DNA of 64,000 nt from Macrostomum lignano. Lineage: Eukaryota. Location of the stretch: NCBI GenBank assembly GCA_002269645.1, contig NIVC01001510.1, positions 124,001 through 188,000 on the forward strand, read 5' to 3'. The notes beneath the pieces were generated by a model. It ran no database searches, was not told the origin of the DNA, and was given only the letters and a program-made list of their open reading frames with translations. Below, in pieces: positions 63,270 to 64,000 of this stretch (positions within the stretch are counted from its first letter, which is position 1; each line of letters opens with the position of its first letter). The position numbers were made by a program, and so were the translations under genes.

Positions 63270-64000
63270 TCACTCCCGAAAGCCATACGGGCGGCTAGCA
63301 GCCCCATACACCCTCTTAGTCATTACGCGCTGGAAAGTCTTGTCCATCTCGAGGGTCCGGATTGTACAGCTAGCCTTATCGCGCCTGAACTGGGCCTGGG
63401 GCAGGCGGACAGAGCCCCCGTGGCGCAGAATTTCCTGCAGCTCGTCCTCGCGCTCGGAAATCTCGGGCGTGACTCTGATGCCCTTGCACTTGAGCACCGA
63501 GTACAGCGACCTGTCGGGCTTCTCCACCACGTACCGGTAGAGCTTGGGGCCTCCCGTGGTGAACTGTACCATGCGGCAGCCAGCAGGTACCTCGTCAGTC
63601 CACTGCCCCAAACTCGAACCGCCCGGAGGCTCGTACTCGCCCGGGGAGCAGCGGTATACGACCCTGGGAGGAGGAGGAGAAGGATAAAGTGTTAAGGGGA
63701 GAAAGAGAGACAGAGACAGTTGAAAAAATTACTTACGAATCGGTATCGGCGTAAATGACGCGGGTTCCTAGACCCTCCAGAGCCTCGTAGAGTCGCAGCC
63801 GGGCGTGGGAGGTGGTGAAAACGCCAATAGGTACATTGGCGTACTTGAACGCCCGCTCGCCAGCACCGCCAAATCGGGGCTTGTACTCGAGCATCATGAA
63901 GCTCTCCCCAATTGGCTCGCACGACTTGACCTTGATCGAGGGGTCTGTCAGGCGCTGCAGCCACGCCTCGTAGCTGTCCACAATCTCTGTGGAGGTCAGG
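63270..64000 (-). CDS. Protein-primed family-B DNA polymerase (Polinton pPolB), C-terminal part, split by a 73-bp intron
   Basis: Exons 63737->64000 (NVPIGVFTTSHARLRLYEAL...VIYADTDS) and 63270-63663 (VVYR...LGQWTDE...FTTGGPKLY...LKCKGI...KRV...SRPYGF); intron 63664-63736 GTAAGT...CCCAG. No stops or frameshifts after splicing. Confidence 0.92.

Larger units (their letters stand above)
62000..64000 (-). mobile_element. Polinton/Maverick element end; left boundary uncertain, continues beyond the window
   Basis: Protein-primed polB C-terminus reading toward a repeat-rich noncoding region, the usual position next to a terminal inverted repeat. Confidence 0.7.

Overview
Animal (invertebrate) genomic DNA with GC-rich spliceosomal exons and introns filled by many unrelated minisatellites. 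This style is consistent with a free-living flatworm such as Macrostomum, but the species is an inference. Host genes I could reconstruct by hand: (1) an intronless 1292-aa zinc-finger/multi-RRM/RS protein (-); (2) a 16-exon, ~1470-aa cadherin with ~11 EC repeats of the CDH23/Cad87A/CDHR type (+); (3) a 2-exon C7orf57 (DUF5524) homolog (+); (4) a 3-exon uncharacterised protein with a degenerate ParB/sulfiredoxin-like domain (+); (5) the last five exons of a synapsin (-), whose >17-kb upstream intron hosts (6) an antisense TIMP gene, i.e. the synapsin-TIMP nesting known from flies and vertebrates. Mobile DNA: a decayed Chapaev-like transposase in a CpG-stripped 6-kb block, a fold-back element and MITEs, an integrase-less Ty3/gypsy fragment, and the DNA polymerase B end of a Polinton/Maverick. 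The most notable observations are a RIP-like mutation signature (TAG/TAA stops, near-zero CpG) in the transposon block, a spliceosomal intron inside the catalytic YxDTDS motif of the Polinton polymerase, and a TIMP whose Cys1 is preceded by an N-terminal extension. Most long ORFs in the supplied track are translations of tandem repeats. All exon models and counts are manual and unverified by alignment or RNA data.
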